A stretch of DNA of 64,000 bases from Nitrosopumilaceae archaeon. Its GTDB lineage: Archaea; Thermoproteota; Nitrososphaeria; Nitrososphaerales; Nitrosopumilaceae. Under the pieces are notes generated by a model. The model saw only the letters and a program-made list of their open reading frames with translations, was not told the DNA's origin and did not search any database. The stretch is taken from positions 416,001 to 480,000 of the forward strand of contig OZ242365.1 of NCBI GenBank assembly GCA_965208905.1, given 5' to 3'. Both the position numbers and the translations under genes were made by a program. Of the stretch, positions 20,719 to 29,967 are shown piece after piece. Numbering within the stretch: position 1 is the stretch's first letter; every line of letters starts with the position of its first letter.

Positions 20719-21909
20719 ATGGTGGATTACAGACTAAAACTGGCCAAAAGAATGCTGTTCAATAAGAAAGGCAGTCTAATAGGAGCAGTTTTGGCAGTTA
20801 CCATTGGAATACTGGTTTTACATGTTAACTTTGTAATATTTCAGGGACTCTACGATGCCTTCATTCGAGATTTAACCGAATATAGTTACGGCGACATACT
20901 GGTTACCGACGAATCAAATTTAATTGAAAAGTCCGATACCATACTGATTAACTGGTTCTCTCGCATACCTGATGTCCAAGCGGCCGCTCCTCGGTTTTCA
21001 TCCAATGGCGAGATAAATATAACAAAGAGCGGGGGCATGATCGAGACGAATCGCGTACCACTCTTGGGCGTTGATCCCATACAGGACATTCAAGCATCTA
21101 CGGCGCACAAGACAGTATCTGAGGGAAGTTATGTCTTTTCTCAAAACTCCATTGTACTGGGCTCAAATATAGTGAAGGATTTGGGAGGTGTTCGTGTTGG
21201 AGATAGCATAGAAGTTGGCGTGGTCAATAGATGGGGTCAGGACGAAGTCCGCCGTTTCATAATATCTGGAATTGCCGCAGCTCCTGGCGGACAGGGGCTG
21301 GACTACTCTGCTGTGGTCCACATAGATACACTTCGTGATATGTTGGATAGGAAAGGGTATACCAGCTCTATAATGGTCAAACTACACGATCCCACAAAAG
21401 CAGAAAGTGTCCGTGATCTGTTTTTAGCATCATTTCCCAATGACGACTTTGTTGCTGAAACTATAGAAGAGTCGGCCGAACAACAACTGGCTGGTTTCCG
21501 TTCAGGCATTGCCATGATAAACATGATTGGCTACTTTGGAATGATGTCATCCGCATTTGCCATAGTGACCATACAGATGATGCTAGTCAACGGCAAAACC
21601 AAAGAGATTGGCATAATGCGCTCCATCGGAGCTCGTCGCAAAGATATTTTGGTTATATTTATCATGCAAGGTATACTTATAGGGTTTATAGGGGCGGCTG
21701 CTGGAACCGGTGCTGGCTTGGCTTATACCTTTTATGCCAAAGAGACGAAACTTTCATTCAATAACAGCATACCACTGGAGGTCACCTTTGACTGGCCTAA
21801 AATATCCCAGACTGCCTTGACAGCATTTGGCCTTGCTGTTTTAGCGTCATTATATCCATCATTTAGGGCCACTCGGCTACTCCCTGTGGAGGCGATGAGA
21901 TATGTCTAA
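20719..21909 (+). CDS. ABC transporter permease (MacB/FtsX family)
   Basis: KTKEIGIMRSIGA, YP..RATRL.PVEAMR. Confidence 0.9.
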   Translation: MVDYRLKLAKRMLFNKKGSLIGAVLAVTIGILVLHVNFVIFQGLYDAFIRDLTEYSYGDILVTDESNLIEKSDTILINWFSRIPDVQAAAPRFSSNGEINITKSGGMIETNRVPLLGVDPIQDIQASTAHKTVSEGSYVFSQNSIVLGSNIVKDLGGVRVGDSIEVGVVNRWGQDEVRRFIISGIAAAPGGQGLDYSAVVHIDTLRDMLDRKGYTSSIMVKLHDPTKAESVRDLFLASFPNDDFVAETIEESAEQQLAGFRSGIAMINMIGYFGMMSSAFAIVTIQMMLVNGKTKEIGIMRSIGARRKDILVIFIMQGILIGFIGAAAGTGAGLAYTFYAKETKLSFNNSIPLEVTFDWPKISQTALTAFGLAVLASLYPSFRATRLLPVEAMRYV

Positions 21910-22597
21910 GGTTTTGGATATTCGGGGCCTGACCAAGATATACGGCAAAGAGAAGGCAAATCAGGTTACGGCACTGAGTAACGTCTCTTTCTCTATAAAT
22001 CAAGGCGAGTTTGCCTTGGTGGTGGGAAGCTCGGGCTCAGGCAAGTCCACATTATTAAATATGATAGGACTCTTGGACAAGCCCACACACGGCACAATCT
22101 ATGTAGATGGTACAGATACCTCCAAACTGAACGACGGCCAGATATCCTCATTTCGTAACAAGAAGGTGGGATTTGTCTTTCAGTTTTCAAACCTACTATC
22201 CGACCTTACAGTTTTAGAGAATGTCATGCTTCCCATTCAGATGGCCGGAACGCCCAAGAGTCGTGAAAAAGCCGCCGAGTTGTTGGGGGCGGTGGGTTTG
22301 AGAGATCAGATGAAGCAGAAGGCGGATCGCATATCTGGCGGGCAGGCACAACGGGCGGCCATAGCCCGGGGGCTGGCAAACCAGCCAGCGTTAGTCTTGG
22401 CCGATGAACCCACAGGTAATCTAGACTCAGTTACATCTAAAAGTGTCGTGAAGTTGATGAAGTCGATGTGTAGTACATTGGGGCAGACTTTTGTGGTTGT
22501 AACCCATGACCAAGAAGATTTTGGGGATGTAGATCGTATTATACAAATGAAGGATGGTAAAGCCTATGAGACTATGGTTCGTGGGGTAAGGGCTTGA
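21902..22597 (+). CDS. ABC transporter ATP-binding protein (LolD-like)
   Basis: GSSGSGKST, ISGGQAQR.AIAR, LADEPTGNLD, VTHD. Confidence 0.95.
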   Translation: MSKVLDIRGLTKIYGKEKANQVTALSNVSFSINQGEFALVVGSSGSGKSTLLNMIGLLDKPTHGTIYVDGTDTSKLNDGQISSFRNKKVGFVFQFSNLLSDLTVLENVMLPIQMAGTPKSREKAAELLGAVGLRDQMKQKADRISGGQAQRAAIARGLANQPALVLADEPTGNLDSVTSKSVVKLMKSMCSTLGQTFVVVTHDQEDFGDVDRIIQMKDGKAYETMVRGVRA

Positions 22598-23907
22598 AGT
22601 ATATATTTTTGGCTACCACACTATTATTCACATCTGTATGTGGGCTAGCCTTTGCGCAAGGCTTTGGTGGCTTTGGTGACTCTCCATTTGAGCGTGACTT
22701 TGGTGATATCAAGTATCTGGATTCATACTTTGGCACCTTTGAGTCGAAGGTTGAGGTGTCTCCTGGAGACAAGAACGTACCGTTTACAGTAGTGTTTGCG
22801 AATGTGGGAAGCCATGACATTACTGGCATAAGAGGAGAGATGTCACTACCATACGGATTTAATCCTACTCAAGGAGAAGGACTTGTGATTCATGCAGACA
22901 GCAATACCAACTCGAGGGCCGGAGATACATTCTATCTGACATTCTACATGGATATAGAGCCGTATGTAAACATACAAGAGTATCCGGCGGCAGTAAAGTT
23001 GGAGTTCGCACGGTTGCGCGAGTCAGGCACACGGAACGACTTTTTTGACTTTTACTTTTCAGTACCCGGCAGCGGAATTCTGCAGGTAAAGACATCCGAC
23101 CCATTTTTGATGTCACTACAGACCAACACGGTACAGGTACAGATAATCAACAATGGAACTGCAACACTATCCAACACTGCTGTCTCTACACTGGGAGATC
23201 AAGTTTTAATGGCGCAGAATGTCAACTCCAATCTTGAAAATGTGGTAATATACGAGTCCGACTGGGAGTTGGGTAATATAGCCCCATTCTCCTCTAAATA
23301 TATCGATATTGAGCTGTACATACCAGAGACGCTAAAGGGCGAAACACTACAACTTCCCTTGGTGGTGGAGTATATTGATGCTAATGGTGAGAGAATCAGT
23401 GATACTCGAATAGTCGACTTTTATATTCGAGGACTTGTTGACATCTCTGTTTATGGTATTGATACAATTACCATATCTGATACTATGATGGTGATAGGTG
23501 AGATAATCAATGAAGGAAATGAGGATGCGCTCTTTGGGTTTGTAACATTAGAGCCGCTGGGAACCTCAAACATATCTACCCAGACCCAGTTTATAGACGA
23601 GATAGATACAAGCTCACCAGTACCATTTAACATACCACTCTCTTTTGATGGTGACCCAATGTACGGAGAGCATGACATACAGATAACCGTCCGATATAAA
23701 GACGACATACGCGAAGAGCACTTTTTGACACAGGCGGCTAGCATAAATGTTGCATCCCCTCCGCCAACTGATACCAACAGAGTAATCCCGGGTTTGGATG
23801 TAGATTCGCCCATCAATGACTCATCTCTACTATTAATTATAACTGGTATTGTTGTTGTTGCAGTGGGTGTGGGTGTGGCCGTAGCAGTGCGCCGCCGCCG
23901 TAACTAG
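22594..23907 (+). CDS. COG1361-like S-layer-domain membrane-anchored protein
   Basis: Signal peptide, Ig-like N.G repeats, C-terminal TM helix plus RRRR; co-operonic with the ABC genes. Confidence 0.7.
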   Translation: MKYIFLATTLLFTSVCGLAFAQGFGGFGDSPFERDFGDIKYLDSYFGTFESKVEVSPGDKNVPFTVVFANVGSHDITGIRGEMSLPYGFNPTQGEGLVIHADSNTNSRAGDTFYLTFYMDIEPYVNIQEYPAAVKLEFARLRESGTRNDFFDFYFSVPGSGILQVKTSDPFLMSLQTNTVQVQIINNGTATLSNTAVSTLGDQVLMAQNVNSNLENVVIYESDWELGNIAPFSSKYIDIELYIPETLKGETLQLPLVVEYIDANGERISDTRIVDFYIRGLVDISVYGIDTITISDTMMVIGEIINEGNEDALFGFVTLEPLGTSNISTQTQFIDEIDTSSPVPFNIPLSFDGDPMYGEHDIQITVRYKDDIREEHFLTQAASINVASPPPTDTNRVIPGLDVDSPINDSSLLLIITGIVVVAVGVGVAVAVRRRRN

Positions 23908-24018
23908 ATTATCGACCATACCGTATACACATCATACCAAGAGGTGGTAGGAGATTGAGTGTGTACGCTCCCCAAATGGAGCAGATATATAATTATCCAC
24001 TAAACATTACACGGTATA

Positions 24019-24696
24019 ATGAGACGTATAGTCATAAAATTATCTGGGCGTGTCTTTGGGGATAATGACGTATACTCCCTACATGACTATATTGACATAT
24101 TTGGTGCCATTAATGATGTACAGCCTATAATAATTGCTGGCGGCGGCGCCACAGCTCGTCATTACATTAACCGTGCTCGCGCATCTGGAGCTGATGAGTC
24201 CACACTTGATGAGTTGGGCATTGAAGTGTCTCGCCTTAATGCCAAATTACTGATATGCGCAGCAGGTGATAGGGCATATCCACATGTGCCTCTTACACTG
24301 GCAGATGTTCAAACGGCAACTGCGAGTGGCCTTATGGTGTTGAGTGGAGGCCTATATCCAGGTCAGAGCACAAATGGTACAGCAGCACTTATTGCTGAAC
24401 GAGTGGGCGCCTCAATCTTTCTAAATGCGACAGATGTGGATGGTGTCTATGACTCGGATCCAAATGTAAACAAGGATGCCAAGATCTTTAAAACCATAAC
24501 AATATCAAAACTTCAAGACATATTGATCAACAATACATCTGTTGCAGGTGGATATGACTTGATGGATATAATAGCTCTAAAGACGATTCAACGCTCCTCC
24601 ATACAGACACGAATAATACGTGCTACACCCAGCAACCTAAAGAATATACTACAAGGTAAACAGACCGATATGGGCACATTGATACTGCCTGACTAG
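24019..24696 (+). CDS. pyrH: UMP kinase
   Basis: IVIKLSG, GGG..AR.YI, PGQSTN, NATDVDGVYDSDP. Confidence 0.93.
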   Translation: MRRIVIKLSGRVFGDNDVYSLHDYIDIFGAINDVQPIIIAGGGATARHYINRARASGADESTLDELGIEVSRLNAKLLICAAGDRAYPHVPLTLADVQTATASGLMVLSGGLYPGQSTNGTAALIAERVGASIFLNATDVDGVYDSDPNVNKDAKIFKTITISKLQDILINNTSVAGGYDLMDIIALKTIQRSSIQTRIIRATPSNLKNILQGKQTDMGTLILPD

Positions 24697-25040
24697 ATAC
24701 TTACTACCGGATACTCCCGAGCCCACATTGTTACCTTATCACCACCAAACTGCTCTGTACCATTTTGGAGTAATTTTTTGTATGTATCTACAGCCTCGTC
24801 TTGTTCGGCGGCCTTTGATTGAGCTTTTGTATAACCATCTTCATCAACCACTACCACCACATAGCCATCATCACTTATAATTACTGCACCATACTCTTCT
24901 TCTCCCACGGGCACAAACTTCCCAGAGACTTTTTTGGTGGTGAGGGTCAACATGGAGAAGCCACCAGCTTCAAATAACTTCATCTGGGCCTTGGACGCGC
25001 GCCTCTTTCCTTCTTGAACTGCTTGAAAGTATTGCAACAA
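24693..25040 (-). CDS. hypothetical protein
   Basis: 115-aa ORF with natural composition, convergent with pyrH. Confidence 0.65.
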   Translation of the reverse strand: MLQYFQAVQEGKRRASKAQMKLFEAGGFSMLTLTTKKVSGKFVPVGEEEYGAVIISDDGYVVVVVDEDGYTKAQSKAAEQDEAVDTYKKLLQNGTEQFGGDKVTMWAREYPVVSI

Positions 25041-25241
25041 AGTAATGACACTATTACGCTATATATCTTACAGTTTGCGATCTACCATCAAAGATATGTA
25101 GAAAAAAGATCAGACTAGATGACTCTGGTTTGACACGGTATCCTGCAGGTCTAGCTCCCAAGTTTACATCACATATCACGTATAGTCTTTGCTGAATCAT
25201 ATCCTGCTAACATTTATCAGAACCTCAACCACATGTAATGT

Positions 25242-25772
25242 ATGAATCCCAAGGTGTTTGTAGGTGTGGCCATAGCTGCAGTCTTAGTGGGGGTAGCTTT
25301 GGTGGTTACTAGTGGCCCTGCACTACTTGAGGGATTTATGCCCAATCAACAACCAGCCACAGTTGTACCTGTCAATGTGAATGTAGATGATGTCAGTACA
25401 ATCTCACTAAATCAGGATGGTGCTACATTGGAGATTGTAATAAGAGTCTCAAATCCCAACCCCAAAGCTGCTATACTCTCACTGGTAAAGTATCAGATAT
25501 ATCAAGATGATGTACGAGTTGTAGCTGGCGAAATTGGAGAGAGGTCTGGGGGAATGGTGGATGCATCAGACTATTACACCATACTGAGTGATGGTAGTGT
25601 TGTTCTACGAGATAGGATTGATCTAGTTAACACTGGCGGAGCTCCTGAGTTTTGGGCGGCTTTGACATCTGGCGACATAACATGGTTTGTAACCGGTGAG
25701 GCGTTCTTTAACTTGAGTTCAATGACCTCTGGGCAGGAGAACATTATACTGTTTGAACAGACTGTGGACTGA
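25242..25772 (+). CDS. membrane-anchored LEA type 2-like protein
   Basis: N-terminal TM helix; VSNPNP...L..VKYQIY; paralogue of 5491-5994. Confidence 0.65.
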   Translation: MNPKVFVGVAIAAVLVGVALVVTSGPALLEGFMPNQQPATVVPVNVNVDDVSTISLNQDGATLEIVIRVSNPNPKAAILSLVKYQIYQDDVRVVAGEIGERSGGMVDASDYYTILSDGSVVLRDRIDLVNTGGAPEFWAALTSGDITWFVTGEAFFNLSSMTSGQENIILFEQTVD

Positions 25773-25843
25773 TTTTTAATTATATATTTTCAGACTCAAA
25801 TTAATCTACAAAACCTTAAAAGGATGAACAGTAGATAATTCTC

Positions 25844-25954
25844 ATGGCAGAAGCAGGAATGGCAGCTTATGGCGCCACAATAGGAGTTGCGATTGCACTT
25901 GCAGTAGTATGTTTTGCCCTTCGCGGCAAAGGACATCCTGACCCATTAGACTAA
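25844..25954 (+). CDS. 36-aa single-TM small protein (not in ORF track)
   Basis: MAEAGMAAYGATIGVAIALAVVCFALRGKGHPDPLD; CTTAAAA box about 25 nt upstream, T-run downstream. Confidence 0.65.
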   Translation: MAEAGMAAYGATIGVAIALAVVCFALRGKGHPDPLD

Positions 25955-26044
25955 CCGTAGCCAAAACTCTTTTTTACTTTTATAATATTAAGGTCTCCGG
26001 TTCCTCCCGCAAGGACGGGTGCCATATATGACACCTCAACTATC

Positions 26045-26052
26045 TTTTTAAA
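26045..26052 (+). promoter_or_regulatory. TATA box of the leaderless tnpB promoter, family B
   Basis: TTTTTAAA 23 nt before the ATG; a TTTTAA core sits at the same place in the other two family B copies. Confidence 0.6.
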
Positions 26053-26075
26053 CATGTAGACCGTACTGTACGCTA

Positions 26076-27509
26076 ATGGTACTACGCACATACACATTCG
26101 GCGTTAGATTCCGTAAAGGGTTCAAGAAAGAGATGTTGGCCAGACAGGCCGGCATGGACAGGTACGTGCATAACAAACTATTGGGAACCTTCAAGGAAGA
26201 GTACCGTCGAGCTGGGAGGGTCAACACTACGCGTGGTAGGATAAACACATGGTATACGGACTTACGCAACAATTCTGGTCCGAGTTGGATGCGTCAATCC
26301 ATATCCGGGGTGACGCGCCAAATATTATATGACTTGGGCAGGCATTATGACCAATATGTGGAAACAGAGAAGCTGAAGGCTGTCAACATCAAACCTAAGG
26401 CGGAGTTTGGTGAACCGCACTTTAAGAAATATGGAGGTCACATCTCCATCCCGTTGACGATAACACATGATGGTACCGTCGGCCAAGCGCGCTTCACCGA
26501 TACACGTACAATCAAGATAGCCAAGATGGGCGAGGCTAAACTGTCGCGGGAGTTTCCCGTCTTGAATTACCGATACAAGACGGCCCAACTATTTCAACTA
26601 CCGGATGGTGGGTGGAGGATTACCATATCCTGCGATATACCAGATGAGAAGCCAACCGTGACCGAGCAGACTGTTATTGGTATAGACCGGAATGTTGGTA
26701 ACGTGGCCACACCTGACTGTGTAATAATGGTACCCGAAAAGGTGGCACGCCGCATGAACAACGCCGAAAAAACAGCCTCTAAGGCAGAAAAGATAGCGTC
26801 ACGCAGGCATAAACCGGACTGTGTAAATCGTAAGCCCGGCTCCCGACGGTGGGCCAAAGCCGCCAAGAGGGTTGCCAAGAACAAACACAAAGCTGCAAAC
26901 ATGCGAAAGACCACCGCGCATAAAATATCACGCGTTATATCGGATAGCACCACACATGCAGCCTTTGAGAAACTTCCTATACAAAACATGACAAAGTCCG
27001 CCAAAGGTACGGAAGAAAACCCCGGCAAAAACGTTGCGCAGAAATCTGGTCTCAATAAGGCCATCCTGGAGCAGTGCTGGGGGCTGTTGGCATTACTGTT
27101 GGCGTACAAGTTGACTGGCGAAATAATTTGGGTTGCGGCAGCATATACAAGCCAACGGTGCTACTCGTGTGGTTATACACATAAGGATAACCGGGATGGT
27201 AGACGGTTCTTGTGTAAGGAGTGTGGTTACACGTATCATGCCGACTGTAATGCGGGCTCAAACATAGAGGATGTGGGGCTGAAGAAACTCGGTCCGGGGG
27301 CTAGGCATGGTCAACTAAACTTACGAAACTTGCCGGACCATACCGGCAGCACCCATTGTACAAGGGGCGTCTGGACGTGGAGGGTTCTTGCGTTAGCTCC
27401 CCTGAGAAGCGTCAAGCACAGACCGGGGAACGAGATGCTCTATACACCGTCGTCCTCTGGTGTGACGTGTAATGTATTGTGGATGCGGGAGCCCCCATGC
27501 TTGCAGTAG
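26076..27509 (+). CDS. tnpB: TnpB RNA-guided endonuclease, family B
   Basis: RuvC-I IGIDRN, RuvC-II AFEKL, Zn finger CYSC..CKEC, RuvC-III HADCNAGSNI, SAKGT.ENPGKNV.QKSGLN motif. Confidence 0.93.
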   Translation: MVLRTYTFGVRFRKGFKKEMLARQAGMDRYVHNKLLGTFKEEYRRAGRVNTTRGRINTWYTDLRNNSGPSWMRQSISGVTRQILYDLGRHYDQYVETEKLKAVNIKPKAEFGEPHFKKYGGHISIPLTITHDGTVGQARFTDTRTIKIAKMGEAKLSREFPVLNYRYKTAQLFQLPDGGWRITISCDIPDEKPTVTEQTVIGIDRNVGNVATPDCVIMVPEKVARRMNNAEKTASKAEKIASRRHKPDCVNRKPGSRRWAKAAKRVAKNKHKAANMRKTTAHKISRVISDSTTHAAFEKLPIQNMTKSAKGTEENPGKNVAQKSGLNKAILEQCWGLLALLLAYKLTGEIIWVAAAYTSQRCYSCGYTHKDNRDGRRFLCKECGYTYHADCNAGSNIEDVGLKKLGPGARHGQLNLRNLPDHTGSTHCTRGVWTWRVLALAPLRSVKHRPGNEMLYTPSSSGVTCNVLWMREPPCLQ

Positions 27510-27514
27510 GAACC
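27340..27514 (+). ncRNA. putative omegaRNA scaffold overlapping the tnpB 3' end, family B
   Basis: Nucleotide-conserved between copies while the reading frame differs; stems GACGT/RCGTC and CCGGGGAACGA/TCGTCCTCTGG. Confidence 0.55.
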
Positions 27515-27600
27515 AGGTCTCCTCAAAGGTGACATGTCAACTATACACTATTGGCAGCTATCATAAATACGGTATACTCATACGCTTGAGACGGTACATC

Positions 27601-28248
27601 TCAAGAGCTCTTTTCCATACCCAACAGGGCGCCTAGAGTAAGCTGTTTACTCTCTCTTCGTTTAGTGAAACATCGTTGATAGTACTGGCACCCTTCACAA
27701 TCACTTGATGGCTCCACAATGGGGACCTTCTCTTCTTTTAGTAGGTCGCCTAGAACCCTTACCCGCCGTACTGTCTCCTCAAACATCTTTTTGTTGCGGG
27801 TCAGTGAGAAGGAGGACTCTCGTCTGTCCCCGGTTATGTAGACTATGATTCCATCCTCCTTGTCATACATCCACATGCAACTGTTCAGATACAGAAGGTC
27901 TCCGGCCCGAGGATTCTTGAGCTCGTCTGTGGCGGGTCGAAATAGTATTATGGCATCATCTGCCATCATATCGGCGCTACCCTTTAGTGTCACCTCGTCA
28001 ATGCTATATGACACCCGCTCCGAACCATACCCTAACTTTCTTAGCAGACCGGATATTAACTCACTAAAACCACTCTGTTCTTCTTCTATGGGATCCTTCC
28101 TGTTGTAGTATGACCTGCGCAGGCAGCCGACTACCTCCTCTAAATGTATGGTGTTGTTGTCTGTAGAGTCTATGTTTACCTCCAACTCCCGACCCAACGA
28201 CTCTATGGAATTTTTTATCAGACTACGATAGTCACGATCTCCCATCAT
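27601..28248 (-). CDS. solo Cas4-like PD-(D/E)xK protein with Fe-S cysteines
   Basis: CLRRSYY near the N-terminus and C..C.YY..C near the C-terminus; no CRISPR context. Confidence 0.7.
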   Translation of the reverse strand: MMGDRDYRSLIKNSIESLGRELEVNIDSTDNNTIHLEEVVGCLRRSYYNRKDPIEEEQSGFSELISGLLRKLGYGSERVSYSIDEVTLKGSADMMADDAIILFRPATDELKNPRAGDLLYLNSCMWMYDKEDGIIVYITGDRRESSFSLTRNKKMFEETVRRVRVLGDLLKEEKVPIVEPSSDCEGCQYYQRCFTKRRESKQLTLGALLGMEKSS

Positions 28249-28320
28249 AATATTATGATACATAAAACAACTCTTATAATTGATGGGTTCTCCCCGTAGG
28301 TCTTAGACACTACAGAGATT

Positions 28321-29967
28321 GTGGTATCAGAGGGGCGCAGCCCAAACTTACAGAGAAAAAAAATCCCAAAGGAACCTATTATTAATGACCCAAAGACATT
28401 AGAAAAATTGGACGATATACGCGTCACATATTCAGGACTACTAGGACTTGCCGTCTCCATGGGAGGTATGTTTGCAGGGCTAGGCTTTACCATCATTGTC
28501 ACTAGGCAGCTGTCTCCTGAGGAGTTTGGTGTGTGGACCATTATAAGCAGCATGATCGCTTACTCTGTTATAGCCGAGACCGTAGTCTCCTACTGGACTA
28601 CTCGCCAGGTCGCCCGGGGGACGCCGGTGGCAAAGACGTCTGTGGTCTCTTCCTCACTCTTTGCTGGTGGTTCTATTCCTGTATATCTACTGTCCATACA
28701 CCTCTTTGCCACCAATATAGAGCCGGTCTTCTTTGACTCGATGCTTTTGGGGGCGATACTAATACCTGTAATGTTCATCCATTACACACTATCTGCCATA
28801 AACTTTGGACATAAACCACACGCCCTCAGCATTGGTACGGCTATCTATCAGGCCCTCAAGATACCCGCCGGATTTGTATTAGTATTCTCGCTTGGACTGG
28901 GAATAGAAGGTGCCATCTTGACACTATTTGCGGCACAGACTGTCAACCTTGTAATACAACTGCGTTACGCACTACCATACCTGAGAGTCTCATTAAACGT
29001 CTCGTATATGCGAGGATGGATTCGTCAGTCATGGCTGCCCCTCTACACCAACATACCTAGTGTACTGAGGGTTTTGGATATAATTTTGTACACTATGATT
29101 ACAGGTTCGGTAATTGGAGCCGCCTACTTTGCCGCAGCATCTGTGATATCTAGAGTAGTGGCTCGCGCAGGTATAGCCTCACAGGCAATCTACCCCAAAC
29201 TACTTGCTAAGGGGTCTCAAGACCACCTTACTGAGAATATGGCCCTCATGATGTACTTTGCCATCCCTCTTCTAACACTAACCACACTATTCTCTTATCA
29301 TATAATGTTCCTTCTTAACGCCGAATATGCTATAGCATGGGTGGCCGGAGTCCTCCTATCGGTAGCTGCATTCCTACAAACCATAAATAACTTCATCCGG
29401 CAGGTGTTAGCGGGTATTGATGATGTTGATGTTGTAGAGAACCCTTCTCTCTCCGCCTTACTAAAAAGCAAACTCTTTCATCTGGGTACCCTGGAGAATT
29501 TCTACTATGCAGTGTATCTTGCAATTCTAGTGGTGTTCTTGTACATGTTCATGGGGCAGTCAGATATGCAACTAGTTTTGGTATGGTCATCAATACTACT
29601 ATCTGTCACAGTTCCGTATCTACTATATCATGTAATATTAATTCGAAGACACGCACCCTTCCGAGTACCTTACCGAAGAATCCTATGTTATATGGGTGGC
29701 GTAGCAGGCATGGTGGTGGCATTTCTAGTCACAAATGATACCATAATAGTCTTTGATGAGAGCATATACGTCTACTTACCCAGACTACTCATCGAGGTGG
29801 CTATCTGCGGCGCAGTATATCTTGGTATTACTTTTGCAATAGACCATAAAACCCGGAGGCTAATCAAACTAATCCTCTTGGAGCTGACATCTCGCATGTT
29901 TTATATGAAAATTATGTTCGTTAATCATCGGTATCTCTCTCCATCCATTTTGGGTCCTTTTCTCTGA
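28321..29967 (+). CDS. Wzx/MurJ-like polysaccharide flippase; C-terminus altered by IS481
   Basis: Many TM helices, TRQLSPEEFG.W motif; start position uncertain. Confidence 0.8.
   Translation: MVSEGRSPNLQRKKIPKEPIINDPKTLEKLDDIRVTYSGLLGLAVSMGGMFAGLGFTIIVTRQLSPEEFGVWTIISSMIAYSVIAETVVSYWTTRQVARGTPVAKTSVVSSSLFAGGSIPVYLLSIHLFATNIEPVFFDSMLLGAILIPVMFIHYTLSAINFGHKPHALSIGTAIYQALKIPAGFVLVFSLGLGIEGAILTLFAAQTVNLVIQLRYALPYLRVSLNVSYMRGWIRQSWLPLYTNIPSVLRVLDIILYTMITGSVIGAAYFAAASVISRVVARAGIASQAIYPKLLAKGSQDHLTENMALMMYFAIPLLTLTTLFSYHIMFLLNAEYAIAWVAGVLLSVAAFLQTINNFIRQVLAGIDDVDVVENPSLSALLKSKLFHLGTLENFYYAVYLAILVVFLYMFMGQSDMQLVLVWSSILLSVTVPYLLYHVILIRRHAPFRVPYRRILCYMGGVAGMVVAFLVTNDTIIVFDESIYVYLPRLLIEVAICGAVYLGITFAIDHKTRRLIKLILLELTSRMFYMKIMFVNHRYLSPSILGPFL

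Larger units (their letters stand above)
25999..27514 (+). mobile_element. TIR-bounded tnpB element, family B, copy 2 (intact)
   Basis: Ends GGTTCCTCCCGCAAG and CTTGCAGTAGGAACC; perfect 8-bp TSD AGGTCTCC at 25991-25998 and 27515-27522. Confidence 0.93.

Noticed and set aside
27601-28248. CRISPR-Cas type V locus (Cas4 plus Cas12-like TnpB)
   Set aside because: No array, cas1 or cas2; the tnpB lies inside its own TSD-flanked insertion, and other copies are not near cas4
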